Shown: positions 30,463-41,096 of the stretch, one piece after another
Numbering within the stretch: the first letter of the stretch is position 1
Layout: every line of letters begins with the position of its first letter
Notes under the pieces: model-generated
What the model was told of the DNA's origin: nothing
Database searches by the model: none
Seen by the model: the letters and a program-made list of their open reading frames with translations, nothing else
Program-made: the position numbers and the translations under genes
Source: an uncultured Alphaproteobacteria bacterium
GTDB taxonomy: Bacteria; Pseudomonadota; Alphaproteobacteria; UBA3830; CAYLKK01
Assembly (NCBI GenBank): GCA_964412505.1
Contig: CAYPOM010000006.1
Coordinates: 9,437-73,436, forward strand
Reading direction: 5' to 3'
DNA length: 64,000 nt

Positions 30463-31896
30463 TTACTGTTTACTTGTTAAATTATGGACTTCTGGAAGTT
30501 CAAGTAATGCCTTTTCAGACTCCAACTCATTAAATTTTCTAACAGAGACTAAAACTCTGCGTTCCATAGTAGATGAAAAACTATTATAAGCATCAACAGT
30601 CGAATTTATGTTTTTTCCAAGTCTAGTAATATGCTCGCTCATATCAGCCAAACGTTTATACAGCTCCTTTCCAAGTTTTACAATATTCTTGGCATTTTCT
30701 GATAATGCTTCATTTTTCCACCCCATAGCAACAGCATGCAATAATGCTAATAAAGTTGTTGGTGTAGCAATGACAACACGTCTTTCCATAGCAAACTCAA
30801 TTAATGATGGATCCTGTTCTATAGCGGCAGAAAAGAAAATCTCTCCAGGAAGAAACATTACGACAAAATCTGGTGTTTGTCCAAACTGATCTAAATATTT
30901 TTTACTACCTAAGACGGTACAATGATGTTTTACGTGTTTTGCATGATCTAACAACAACCGTTTTTTCTCCTCTTGATTCTCTGCATCTAAAGCTGCGCTA
31001 TATGCGTACAAAGGAGTCTTTGCATCTACAACAATATTTTTTCCACCTGACATATAAATAACCATATCAGGGCGCAAAATTTCATTTGCATCATTTATGA
31101 CTGTAACCTGCTCTTCGAAATCGCAGTGATTAACCATACCTGCAATTTCAACAACTCGTCTAAGTTGCATTTCCCCCCACTTTCCTCTTATATTCGGAAC
31201 TTTTAAAGCAGATGACAATTTGTTTGTTTCATCTTTTAATTCCTTCTGAGAAACAAGCAAAGATTTGACCTGTTCATGCATCGATTGGAAAGCTGCTATT
31301 CTGTCTTTTTCTAATAGCTGCAACTTAGCATCGACATCAGTCAACGTTTTCTGGATTGGAGATACCATATCAGCCATTTCTTTCTTTCCAGTCTCAATAT
31401 CCTTTTTTGCTGATATTTTTAAGTTCTCAAACGACGTTTTTGCTAATTCTAGAAATGACTGATTATTTCGAGATAAAGCCTGAGCACTCAAAGCAGAAAA
31501 TTTGTCAGATAACATCTTTTCAGCAGACTGCAATAATTCTATTTTCTCTTGAATATTCTTTCTTTCATTTTCTACTGTACTCTTTAATTCTGAAATTTCA
31601 ACTAAACTCAAATTATATTTTGAAAGCAGAGAATTATATTTTTCCTCTATCGTCGATAGAAACGCTACTCTTTCCGTAAGTTTTGCGTTTTCAATCTTCA
31701 AACTATTGTACGCATTTTGAGCTTCTATTACATTATTTTGTAATTGATTGTTCTTTTCTGTGAAATCATTAAAAAACAATTTACTTTGCGCAATATTGTT
31801 TTTAAGATCAAAAAACTTTAATAATAATGCGCAAATGACAACAGACAAAATCGCAATAATTACAATATAATAAATTTCCATCGTACGCCTATTCAA
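30463..31896 (-). CDS. rmuC: DNA recombination protein RmuC
   Basis: 477 aa. N-terminal TM segment, long coiled coil, and a C-terminal RmuC nuclease-like domain (RPDMVIYMSGGKNIVVDAKTPLYAY, FVVMFLPGE). Confidence 0.88.
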   Translation of the reverse strand: MNRRTMEIYYIVIIAILSVVICALLLKFFDLKNNIAQSKLFFNDFTEKNNQLQNNVIEAQNAYNSLKIENAKLTERVAFLSTIEEKYNSLLSKYNLSLVEISELKSTVENERKNIQEKIELLQSAEKMLSDKFSALSAQALSRNNQSFLELAKTSFENLKISAKKDIETGKKEMADMVSPIQKTLTDVDAKLQLLEKDRIAAFQSMHEQVKSLLVSQKELKDETNKLSSALKVPNIRGKWGEMQLRRVVEIAGMVNHCDFEEQVTVINDANEILRPDMVIYMSGGKNIVVDAKTPLYAYSAALDAENQEEKKRLLLDHAKHVKHHCTVLGSKKYLDQFGQTPDFVVMFLPGEIFFSAAIEQDPSLIEFAMERRVVIATPTTLLALLHAVAMGWKNEALSENAKNIVKLGKELYKRLADMSEHITRLGKNINSTVDAYNSFSSTMERRVLVSVRKFNELESEKALLELPEVHNLTSKQ

Positions 31897-33019
31897 AATA
31901 CTTCAGAATAAATCTTTTGTAAACATTTTTTAATTTTTCACAATCGCAAATTTCGATATGTTCATTTACTTGATGAAGTGTTCTATCTACCATTCCGAAT
32001 TCGACAACAGGACAGTAATTTATCATGAATCTACCATCAGACGTTCCACCTCCTGTTGAAAACGCAGGATAATATCCTAATTCTTCATATATAGAATTTT
32101 TTGCACATTCTAGCAACCTCTCGTTTTTACAGATATAAGGCTCACCAGATTTAGTGAAATTAGCTGTCAATCCATCTTTCTCAGCTAAATCCTTGAAAAT
32201 TTCGAATATCGACTCAGATGTGAATTTATCCGAAAATCTAACATTAAAATTTACACTAGCTAATGGTGGAATAACATTTACGGCTAGATTAGATGAATTT
32301 AAAATTGTAGGAGAAGCAATTGTAGCTTTAAAAAACTCGGATTCATCCTTAAAATCATAATTAGAAATTTTCGAAACGAAATTACATATTTTCTCTAATG
32401 CATTTTCAGAAGATTCTTTAGTAACATATGCGGAGTGCGATTGGATACCATTCGCTCTAACCTCTATATTTATACTGCCTCTATGTCCTATGTAGATTCT
32501 ATCACCAATTTTCTTATTTGATGATGGCTCACAAATTAAACAATCCGTAGGTATTTCATTACGCTCTTTAGCCCAATCGAGCATAGCCTGTACGCCTTCA
32601 TAGCTACCAACTTCTTCATCACACGTGAAAAATATGCTAATTCGATCATGAGAAGTTTTGTCTAACTCTTCTAAAGCAGCCAAAACGCACCCTACTCCAC
32701 CTTTCATATCTACTATTCCACGACCATATAATTTTCCATTATATTCAGTAGCTTTAAAAGGATCAAAGTTCCAACCTTCTCCAGCTGGAACAGTATCAAG
32801 GTGTCCTAGAATCCCTAAACTGTCAATAGTCTCACCTCTACTAGCAAATAAATTCTCAACACATCGCCCAGTTTTCTCATCAGTAAATTCCAGTATTTGG
32901 ACATCAAAATCTACAGCAGTTAATATAGACTTTACGTACGCTAAAATATCGCTTTTATTGTACGTGACGCTATTGAAGCCAACTAAATCTCTGCAAATTT
33001 CTAAAGCTCTACTCATCAC
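31889..33019 (-). CDS. dapE: succinyl-diaminopimelate desuccinylase (M20 peptidase)
   Basis: 376 aa. GHLDTVP, GRGIVDMKGG, DEEVGS, and a HQVNEH-type C-terminal motif. Confidence 0.85.
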   Translation of the reverse strand: MMSRALEICRDLVGFNSVTYNKSDILAYVKSILTAVDFDVQILEFTDEKTGRCVENLFASRGETIDSLGILGHLDTVPAGEGWNFDPFKATEYNGKLYGRGIVDMKGGVGCVLAALEELDKTSHDRISIFFTCDEEVGSYEGVQAMLDWAKERNEIPTDCLICEPSSNKKIGDRIYIGHRGSINIEVRANGIQSHSAYVTKESSENALEKICNFVSKISNYDFKDESEFFKATIASPTILNSSNLAVNVIPPLASVNFNVRFSDKFTSESIFEIFKDLAEKDGLTANFTKSGEPYICKNERLLECAKNSIYEELGYYPAFSTGGGTSDGRFMINYCPVVEFGMVDRTLHQVNEHIEICDCEKLKNVYKRFILKYFE

Positions 33020-33029
33020 TTATTACCAC

Positions 33030-33689
33030 TTATCTAGACAAACTACTCATATATAATCTAATCCTTTTTTTCATATTTTCTGTAGCATTCTTATCCTTTT
33101 GGATTTCGTTAAAACAAGACTTAGCTTTCAAAATATCTCCAGTTTCCAAATACAAAGCACCTAAGCACTCCAAAGCTGACAACCTTAAAGGTCTTCCAAG
33201 TGCAACAATAGGTTCTAGCATTTTTATCAACTCTTTTGCATCAACAAGCATCATTTTTGCATTTGTTACATACACTAAAGTAGCAAGATCTTTCCAAATT
33301 ATATCTACACCATTTTTTTCGATAACACTCAACAAACCAGACAAAGCCGCTTTCCGCTTTTCTGCATCTTGCTCAAGACGCACTGTCATGCCTGCCTTAA
33401 TAATATTTATAATAGGTTTAATAGACGCTGGAGCATTCTCCTCAATACTTCCAAGTATCATATCTGCCTTATTGTTATTTGAAATCATAACTTCCATCAA
33501 GCTGAAAGTTGTATCTTCCAATTCTTTTTTTACTCTACTCTGCCAAGAAGTATACATAACTATCCCAGCAATACCACATAAAATCACAGCAGTTATTGTA
33601 TTCTGATTTCTCTTTACAAATTTCACGAATTGATCATGTTTCAATTCCTCTGTTATTTCGTCTAATATAGCTTGATCTTCATTATTCAT
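33030..33689 (-). CDS. membrane-anchored TPR-like protein (YfgM/UPF0070-like)
   Basis: 219 aa. Acidic N-terminus, a single TM segment (ITAVILCGIAGIVMYTSW), then a helical-repeat periplasmic part. Confidence 0.4.
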   Translation of the reverse strand: MNNEDQAILDEITEELKHDQFVKFVKRNQNTITAVILCGIAGIVMYTSWQSRVKKELEDTTFSLMEVMISNNNKADMILGSIEENAPASIKPIINIIKAGMTVRLEQDAEKRKAALSGLLSVIEKNGVDIIWKDLATLVYVTNAKMMLVDAKELIKMLEPIVALGRPLRLSALECLGALYLETGDILKAKSCFNEIQKDKNATENMKKRIRLYMSSLSR

Positions 33690-33742
33690 AGTTCATCTCA
33701 AAAAATACACAATCTAAAAAATTGATTACAAGAAACTTCCAC

Positions 33743-34216
33743 CTAGATAGCTTTTATTCTTGATCTACCATTGTAGTTAATTATTAAATGTACTTTCTGG
33801 CCAGCATTGTATATAACATCCTTGCCATGCACTACCGTATACAACTTACCATTACTCAATCGTACAGAATACTCCACAGCCTGTTGACTAGACAGTTTAT
33901 CCTCTAAATATGCGCCACCAACAGCACCTCCGACAGCTCCCAACGTCGTTGTAGCAACACGCCCTTTTCCACCGCCGAGCATGTTTCCAAGAACGCCGCC
34001 AGTAACACCTCCTAACAATGCGCCTGTAGCATTATCACTAATTTTTTCATTTCCTTTTACGTTTACAAAACGGACAGATTCTATTACGCCTTCATAAGTA
34101 TATCCTACCTCACCTACACTACTTTCTGAGTAAGTATTTCCACCTATATCCCTAGCACAACCACACACAGCCAACATTGACAAAACAGTCAAGCACCCCA
34201 AAAGATTTCTGTACAT
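33743..34216 (-). CDS. outer-membrane lipoprotein with glycine-zipper domain (SlyB/17-kDa-antigen family)
   Basis: ATG at 34216 with a GAGG RBS. Lipobox-like MLAVCGC. Glycine zipper GALLGGVTGGVLGNMLGGGKG...LGAVGGAVGGAYL. Confidence 0.7.
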   Translation of the reverse strand: MYRNLLGCLTVLSMLAVCGCARDIGGNTYSESSVGEVGYTYEGVIESVRFVNVKGNEKISDNATGALLGGVTGGVLGNMLGGGKGRVATTTLGAVGGAVGGAYLEDKLSSQQAVEYSVRLSNGKLYTVVHGKDVIYNAGQKVHLIINYNGRSRIKAI

Positions 34217-34312
34217 ATCTAAAACCTCAAATTTTTTAATTATAACATGCAAAAATACAAAGGAACAAATAAAATACAATTGAAGATTTTTTATATCTTA
34301 CACATGATGCCG

Positions 34313-35653
34313 CTAATCTACAGCTGTCATATTTATTCTAGCGACACCTACAGAGGCTTTAAATTCGCACACGAATAATGTGACGACAGTAATAGAACAA
34401 ACAAACATAAGGTAATAAGCTATAGCAAAAATTGAACCAAATACATCTATCAACCACATAGACAATACTGGCGCGACACTGCCAAATACTACTGAACTTG
34501 AATTCCAACAGAAAGTTACACATGAAGCCCTAATATTTGTAGGGAAAGATTCAGCAGTAAGAGGATTTAACGTCCCTTCTGTCATTCCAATAAACATACC
34601 CATTAGAATTGAAAAAAACAAAATCAAAACTTGCTGTTTTCCTGCATACAATACATTTATAAACGGATACGCAAAAATCAATAATCCGACTGTTCCGAAA
34701 AAAATTATATATTTTTTCTTAATTTTATCAGAAAGATATCCAAATATAACAGTAGAAATTGTATAAGAAATTACACTGATCATATTGTATATCCCAGCCA
34801 ATGCTCCATCATAGCCGAGAAATTTAATCATCATACTTTTTCCAAATATAAATACGACAAAAAAAGATACCTGCGTAGTGACGAAAATACCAAATAATTT
34901 CGCTATCTGAAGTTTATAATTTAGGAACATCTCTTTTATCGGATTGGCCAACAAAGTCCCACCGAGCTTTTCTGATTCGAAGCAATTACTTTCAGATAAA
35001 GATTTTCTCATATAAAACGCTATGCAAGCGCCAAACAAACTAATAAAAAATGGCAAACGCCACGCATATTCATATATTTCTGATTGAGAAAAAATACGTT
35101 CTATGATGAGAATAGTAAGCGAACTAAATACCAACCCTAAACCGACACCTGTCAATGCTAATGTTCCAAAAAAACCACGTTTATTTTGAGGAACAGACTC
35201 ATATAAATACGTGCATGAAGCACCGAACTCTCCACCGAGAGCAAACCCCTGAAATATTCTTAATATTACTAAAATTATAGGAGCAGCCAATCCTATTTGA
35301 GAATATGTTGGTAACAGCCCTATACATAATGTAGGAATAGTCATTAAAAACATAGTGAGTGTAAGCATACTTTTTCTACTAAACTTATCTCCTATATACC
35401 CGAAGACAAGACCGCCTATTGGCCTTGCGGCTAACCCAACAGCAAATGTAGAAAATGTCAATATCATAGAGACAAAAGTATCATGCGATGGAAAAAACAA
35501 CGCACTTATCACAGTTGCGAAATACGCATACAAAGTATACTCGTACCACTCTAAAATATTTCCGATTAAAGACGAAACGACAGACTTAAAAACAACTTTT
35601 CTCACTATTATCACATTAATAACTCGATTCAGTATAACGATTGAAATAAGCAA
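34313..35653 (-). CDS. proP: MFS transporter, proline/betaine (ProP) subfamily
   Basis: 446 aa, 12 TM segments. GNILEWYEYTLYAYF N-terminal signature and GGLVFGYIGDKFSRK (MFS motif A). The exact start is uncertain. Confidence 0.8.
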   Translation of the reverse strand: MLISIVILNRVINVIIVRKVVFKSVVSSLIGNILEWYEYTLYAYFATVISALFFPSHDTFVSMILTFSTFAVGLAARPIGGLVFGYIGDKFSRKSMLTLTMFLMTIPTLCIGLLPTYSQIGLAAPIILVILRIFQGFALGGEFGASCTYLYESVPQNKRGFFGTLALTGVGLGLVFSSLTILIIERIFSQSEIYEYAWRLPFFISLFGACIAFYMRKSLSESNCFESEKLGGTLLANPIKEMFLNYKLQIAKLFGIFVTTQVSFFVVFIFGKSMMIKFLGYDGALAGIYNMISVISYTISTVIFGYLSDKIKKKYIIFFGTVGLLIFAYPFINVLYAGKQQVLILFFSILMGMFIGMTEGTLNPLTAESFPTNIRASCVTFCWNSSSVVFGSVAPVLSMWLIDVFGSIFAIAYYLMFVCSITVVTLFVCEFKASVGVARINMTAVD

Positions 35654-35677
35654 ATGTCAATGCGTATTAAATGTCTA

Positions 35678-37669
35678 TCAGTACCGTTTTATCCACGAAA
35701 CCCCTACCTCACCACCAGATGTTCCCTCGACAAAAACCTGCGGACTCACATTAACTCTTATATTAACGTTAGCGTTTTCTTTCTCAAAATTCTTCTTAAC
35801 TCCAACATATATTTTATCTGTTACATATGTACCTGCATTTACTGCATATGTCTCTTGTCTATTAGATTGATTTACTTCTTGATGAATTCCTATGTTTAAA
35901 AACGTCAATTTTTTCAATACATCTAGTATAGATTTTGAATCATTTTTAAATGTAATATTTTTTATTGCTTCTTTAATACGTAATGCTTCTGAAATTTTTA
36001 AATCATGCATGTTCCTTCCAAAAATAATATTTGCAAGAATTTGTTCAGGACTATACTGCGGAGTAGACGATATATCAATAGACATATTAAGATCATCTTT
36101 AGACTTAACGTTGATAAATACAAGGAGATTTTTGAAAACACTAGAAGCTAAAATATCAACTTTAGGAACAAACTGATTGCACTTATCAAATATTAATTTT
36201 CCTCTTTTTATATTTATATTTTTTGCTGCAACATTTATGTAACCTCTTTTAAGAGATAACATTCCGTCTAACGCCAACAAGCCTTTAAAAGTTAAAAATT
36301 TTATTTTTCCAGAAAACACGCCATCAATTGCACTTCCAAAAACTCTTAGTTTTTTACAATTTAAATCTATGTCAAATACAAATGGAGATAAACTAGCGAT
36401 AGTTTCTGCAATCTTATTATCCTTCGCCACATTTCCAACCTCATGAAACTTCACAAAATCTTGTGAATTATATTGCCTAAAAGCTTCATCAATATTATAG
36501 CTTATATTTGTATCAACATTGCCTTTTATATTTAATTTATTTATTCTCCCACTTCCGATAGCTTTCCCAGTTATCGAAACGCCTAATCCTACAGAATCTA
36601 TTATTTTAAAATTCTTACATTCCATAGACATATCACAATCTATATTTGGAAATCCACTATCGACTACCAAGCTTCCACCTCCATATATAGTAAATTTATT
36701 CCCTCGACTATCAATAGCAATTGCCTTCCTAATCTTTATTTTGTTTAAATCATCAGAAAACAAATCTATACTTATATTTGGAAATAACACTCCATCTTTT
36801 TCAAATAAACCTTGAGAAATTTTTATATTAGTATCGACTTTCGGGTTATCTTTATTTCCAGATATTATCATGTTACCTACACAATTCCCTTTTATAGTCA
36901 TATTGTCATCGAATAACAATATTTTTTCTAATGCACCTTTTATTGACACATCGACAAAAATCTTTTGCGTCTTAGAATCGTGGACCTTTAAATCTGAGAT
37001 AGAATAGTAAAATGGCAATTTTACATCAGCAAAAAAATTATCAACCCCACCTTCATGTCGAATTTTACACTCGAAAAAGTTCTCGTCAAAACATGATTTT
37101 ATTTGTGATACTTTCTTATCATTTGCATGCAAATCTAATATTAAATTTCCAAGCAAAATACCATTTTTAGTATGTAAATCACATTGGCCAAAACCATATA
37201 TTTTCTTTGATATATTGTATTTAAAGATTTTCTTAATTTCCAAAAGATTGTACAAATTGACTTTTGCAAATTTTACATTAAATATCAAATCGTTAACTCT
37301 ATGCAAAGCATGTAAATTTAAAACGCCTTGCCCTATTTTTAAATTATCTATATCAACAGCAATAGCATTATCTTTTTTCCAAAGACGTAATTCAGCCATT
37401 TTTGATACAACAGGCTTTGCTTTATCTTTTTGTTTAAATAAAAAGGAATTTATCGCATATATATAACAATCATCATTCGATAATAAATTCCCACTAATTC
37501 CAAGTTTTAACGTCTTATTTTTAGCAAGGGCATTAATCTGAATCAATGATCTATTTTTGTTGAAATCAACGTTTTCTAATACCATATTTTGGAATTGAAT
37601 TTTATCCACATTTACGGACATATCAGCATTTAAAAAACCAGAATTAGAAAATTTCATTTCTAGATTCAC
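35678..37669 (-). CDS. tamB: TamB (translocation and assembly module subunit), C-terminal fragment including DUF490-like end
   Basis: 663-aa ORF of beta-rich repeats. The C-terminus AGTYVTDKIYVGVKKNF...VSPQVFVEGTSGGEVGVSWIKRY matches the TamB/DUF490 end pattern. Its frame opens exactly at the A10 tract at 37836-37845. Confidence 0.75.
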   Translation of the reverse strand: MNLEMKFSNSGFLNADMSVNVDKIQFQNMVLENVDFNKNRSLIQINALAKNKTLKLGISGNLLSNDDCYIYAINSFLFKQKDKAKPVVSKMAELRLWKKDNAIAVDIDNLKIGQGVLNLHALHRVNDLIFNVKFAKVNLYNLLEIKKIFKYNISKKIYGFGQCDLHTKNGILLGNLILDLHANDKKVSQIKSCFDENFFECKIRHEGGVDNFFADVKLPFYYSISDLKVHDSKTQKIFVDVSIKGALEKILLFDDNMTIKGNCVGNMIISGNKDNPKVDTNIKISQGLFEKDGVLFPNISIDLFSDDLNKIKIRKAIAIDSRGNKFTIYGGGSLVVDSGFPNIDCDMSMECKNFKIIDSVGLGVSITGKAIGSGRINKLNIKGNVDTNISYNIDEAFRQYNSQDFVKFHEVGNVAKDNKIAETIASLSPFVFDIDLNCKKLRVFGSAIDGVFSGKIKFLTFKGLLALDGMLSLKRGYINVAAKNINIKRGKLIFDKCNQFVPKVDILASSVFKNLLVFINVKSKDDLNMSIDISSTPQYSPEQILANIIFGRNMHDLKISEALRIKEAIKNITFKNDSKSILDVLKKLTFLNIGIHQEVNQSNRQETYAVNAGTYVTDKIYVGVKKNFEKENANVNIRVNVSPQVFVEGTSGGEVGVSWIKRY

Positions 37670-37824
37670 ATTACCAATTAATATGTCCTTATACTTTATG
37701 CCGTTTTGCGAATATACAGCTAAATTAAAATTCTTTGCATTCTGTTCAAAGCAGATAGCAACATCCCCATATATTTTCTTATCGCTAAAACCTTCGAAAA
37801 TATCGCCTAGAAATGAGATATCAT

Positions 37825-39162
37825 TTATTTTGATGTTTTTTTTTTATCAGTTTTACATTCTAAACGAGGACCATTTGCTTCAAATTGCTTCAGTTTAAAT
37901 TTTCCATCTTGAATTTCTAATTCAGTATCGATCATTGTATCACCAATTTTTACGTGACTTTCAATCTCTTTAAATGGCTGTTTAAATCGAACAGATATTT
38001 GGTCAATTTTTTTTGTTTTTATATCTGCGATTTTTATTCCTTCAGGAATTTTATCTATAGATATCAGTATATCTTCGTTATTTATATTTAATAACCTACC
38101 AAACTCGATTGTTCCGCTTAGTAAACTTGCTTTCTCATTATTTAAACTGAATTTACAATTATTGCCATCAAAAAAATTTGCTTCTCCTGATACAACAAAC
38201 TCAACTGCATCTAAGCCTTGATTTCCTACATATAAAGATTTAGTTAGCAGCTCTGATAAAATAGGGGTTTTAAAAACAAAATTTCCAACTAGTTTTCTCC
38301 CATCTATTTTTATGTCTTTACCAGTTGCAGTTATAGATCCTACAAAGATATGTGATTCTATATTACACTCAGAAATAGCTATATGATTCCCATTAAGTGA
38401 CGCATTCATCGTAAGCCTTGTATTAAAGTTTTTACCAAGAATTTTCTTAATTTTCAAATCGACAAAGTACGTTCTATCATCTATATCATTTATTCTAGCA
38501 GAAAACGTGTTACCCAAAAAATTAGTACATTCTATATCTGTGTATTTATCTTTAGCCCAACGCCAGATAGAAAAACTAGAATTATCTTTGGCATTCCCAT
38601 AGAAAGAAAAGCAAACACCATCTATCGTATCATAACTATAACTTGATACTGTTATACAGTCTCCGTTGATAAATATTTTGCCAGCAATGTCTTTACTTCC
38701 CCCACCCTTTGTAGACGTAGAAAGCACTTTACGAAATACAAGTTTAAAAATTTTTGAATAAGTTAGAAATTTATCTATTAACTCATGAATGTTTTTATCT
38801 TTCTTTCCAGTAGATACAGTTTCTTTCTTTTTATTCTCTATGTTAAGTTCAAAATAACCGGTCATAATATCTAGACCGGCACAACGTGGGCTTACAAAGG
38901 TATGCCTTACGAAGAAGTTCCCTATTGTAATTTTTTCTATATAAAAATTAGGAATTATATAGCCATATACTCTTACATTTTTTATTTCTGTTTTCTGCCC
39001 AGTAATAATTGTAACTATACTTGCAGCACAATTGCATAGCAACGATCTTGTGGAATCAAACCAAATAGCTGAATATAAAATAGTAATTGTCGCAATCAAT
39101 ATTAAAGTGCCTTTCAATACAAAATTTGCAATCAAACGCAACCACTTCATTTTCAACCTCAT
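37825..39162 (-). CDS. tamB: TamB, N-terminal fragment with signal-anchor
   Basis: 445-aa ORF 5 nt downstream of tamA. N-terminal anchor WLRLIANFVLKGTLILIATITILYSAIWF. It terminates 9 nt after an A10 run (..TDKKKTSK*). Confidence 0.75.
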   Translation of the reverse strand: MRLKMKWLRLIANFVLKGTLILIATITILYSAIWFDSTRSLLCNCAASIVTIITGQKTEIKNVRVYGYIIPNFYIEKITIGNFFVRHTFVSPRCAGLDIMTGYFELNIENKKKETVSTGKKDKNIHELIDKFLTYSKIFKLVFRKVLSTSTKGGGSKDIAGKIFINGDCITVSSYSYDTIDGVCFSFYGNAKDNSSFSIWRWAKDKYTDIECTNFLGNTFSARINDIDDRTYFVDLKIKKILGKNFNTRLTMNASLNGNHIAISECNIESHIFVGSITATGKDIKIDGRKLVGNFVFKTPILSELLTKSLYVGNQGLDAVEFVVSGEANFFDGNNCKFSLNNEKASLLSGTIEFGRLLNINNEDILISIDKIPEGIKIADIKTKKIDQISVRFKQPFKEIESHVKIGDTMIDTELEIQDGKFKLKQFEANGPRLECKTDKKKTSK

Positions 39163-39167
39163 TACAA

Positions 39168-41096
39168 CTAAAATGCTTGTCCTAAACTAATATATATCTG
39201 ATACCTCCTATCTACAGCGCTCCTTTTTTTTAATGGCGTAGCAATATCAAATCTAATAGGCCCGACTATTGTATTATACCTCAATCCGATACCAACACCT
39301 GTATGCCAATTATCTTTAGCCAGCACACTATTCTTTGAAACTTTTGCTGTATCTAAAAATAAAACGACACTAGTATCATTTTTGATATTCTGCCGAATTT
39401 CGCCAGAAAATTCAAGCAACGCACCACCACCAATTGGATATCTAGTTTTGTCATGTAAATTTGAAGCCATTTGATCAGCATACCCACGTACAGATGATAT
39501 TCCACCTGCGTATAATTTTTTATCAACTGGAATTTTATCCAATTTTTTACCTAGCATTTGAGCTCCAACACATTTTAGGGAAATAACCGTTTTTTTCCGT
39601 TTACTAATATCAAAGTTGATTGATCCACTCATTTTACATAAAGTCGCATTGTTTGTTAGCCCTGACGAAAAAATCATAGGAATAATCGTTGTGGAAAATT
39701 CTCCATTTTTAGTAGGATTAAGCGTACTATCTCTTTTGTCTATGGAAAAAGAAATTGGCATACATATCGAATTGTACTTATCAATCACCTCAATAGGCTT
39801 ATCCTCCCGAGTAAGTGGACTAGTCGTATTATTGTCGTCGACAAAAACACCAGCTTGCAATTTAAAATCTTGAATAGTTGGAGGAGATGTCCAAACTACA
39901 GAAAAAACTTGAGATTTTTTATAATAAGCATTTTTATAAACCTGAATATTTTTTGCTGAATAAATGATGTTATCACATGGAATGAATGTATCAGGCACAT
40001 CTAACTCTGCAAACATTTCATAATCATTAGCTTCATTTTTTTTAAATACATTGTGTGGCGTACCAGACATGCCAAAAGAAAGCTTGCTACTAGTTGAAAA
40101 AACATTATAATGAGACCATTTAAATTTTCCAGTCAATGATTTCAATTTCCCCTTCCCTTTGTAATGCTTATAAAAGCCGTTCCTTTTAGATGTAGAATAA
40201 GTTAGATTAAATTCTATTGCTCTAGGTTTTTCTTCTTTTAACTTTAAATCAATTGGAGCGATATATCCATTTCCTCCATCTATTTCTATCGCGTTTTCTT
40301 TATCTAATAAAATATCAATATCAGAAAACATTTGTGAAACCATTAGCATATGAGAAGTCATTTGAATATTATTCTCTTTATACACACCATTTTTATTCCA
40401 AAATATTCTATTTTTTATGAAATTTCTATTTACGTTGCTAGGCGCTAATATTCTAGTTTCTCCAATATAAAATTTATCTCCACGTTTTACGTTAATCACA
40501 ACCCTAACGTTTTTTTGCTCCCTATTTGCATAAACATCTGATCCTGTCACTTTGGCATAAGGATACCCAATGTTACGAAACTCTGATTCAATTTTATTAC
40601 AAACATTGATTAAACGCTTCGTATCATAATAATTTCCAACTAATACTTCACGATTCTGAATATAGTCACCAGAAACATTTAATTTACATTCTGTTAACAA
40701 ATCTATATTAGATATTTTATATCTTGCTCCAGTATCAACGTATATCTTTATTGCTACATCACGATTACGCACATGAGAAATTTTGTATTTGACAGATATA
40801 CCAAAATATCCATAATCTGAAGCTACCTTTCTTATCTCTTCTATAATATTTTTTAACCTGCTCTTAAGTACATACATATTCGGGATAACTTTCATATTCT
40901 CCCCAAATACAGCTACATCCATAAGAGTGGAGGCCAACTCTTTTGACACATTTTTATCTTTATATTCCACACTTAGTTTACACTTAAAATTAGATAATGT
41001 ATCTATAGATAGCTTATTTTTATGAACTCTCTCTTGAGCATAACAATTGTTATTACACAAAAAAAATGCAGCACATAAACAAATAATCAGAGCCAT
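39168..41096 (-). CDS. tamA: Omp85-family outer membrane protein TamA
   Basis: 642 aa. Signal peptide, POTRA-like N-terminal repeats, a C-terminal 16-strand barrel ending in the beta-signal YISLGQAF. Adjacent to tamB. Confidence 0.85.
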   Translation of the reverse strand: MALIICLCAAFFLCNNNCYAQERVHKNKLSIDTLSNFKCKLSVEYKDKNVSKELASTLMDVAVFGENMKVIPNMYVLKSRLKNIIEEIRKVASDYGYFGISVKYKISHVRNRDVAIKIYVDTGARYKISNIDLLTECKLNVSGDYIQNREVLVGNYYDTKRLINVCNKIESEFRNIGYPYAKVTGSDVYANREQKNVRVVINVKRGDKFYIGETRILAPSNVNRNFIKNRIFWNKNGVYKENNIQMTSHMLMVSQMFSDIDILLDKENAIEIDGGNGYIAPIDLKLKEEKPRAIEFNLTYSTSKRNGFYKHYKGKGKLKSLTGKFKWSHYNVFSTSSKLSFGMSGTPHNVFKKNEANDYEMFAELDVPDTFIPCDNIIYSAKNIQVYKNAYYKKSQVFSVVWTSPPTIQDFKLQAGVFVDDNNTTSPLTREDKPIEVIDKYNSICMPISFSIDKRDSTLNPTKNGEFSTTIIPMIFSSGLTNNATLCKMSGSINFDISKRKKTVISLKCVGAQMLGKKLDKIPVDKKLYAGGISSVRGYADQMASNLHDKTRYPIGGGALLEFSGEIRQNIKNDTSVVLFLDTAKVSKNSVLAKDNWHTGVGIGLRYNTIVGPIRFDIATPLKKRSAVDRRYQIYISLGQAF

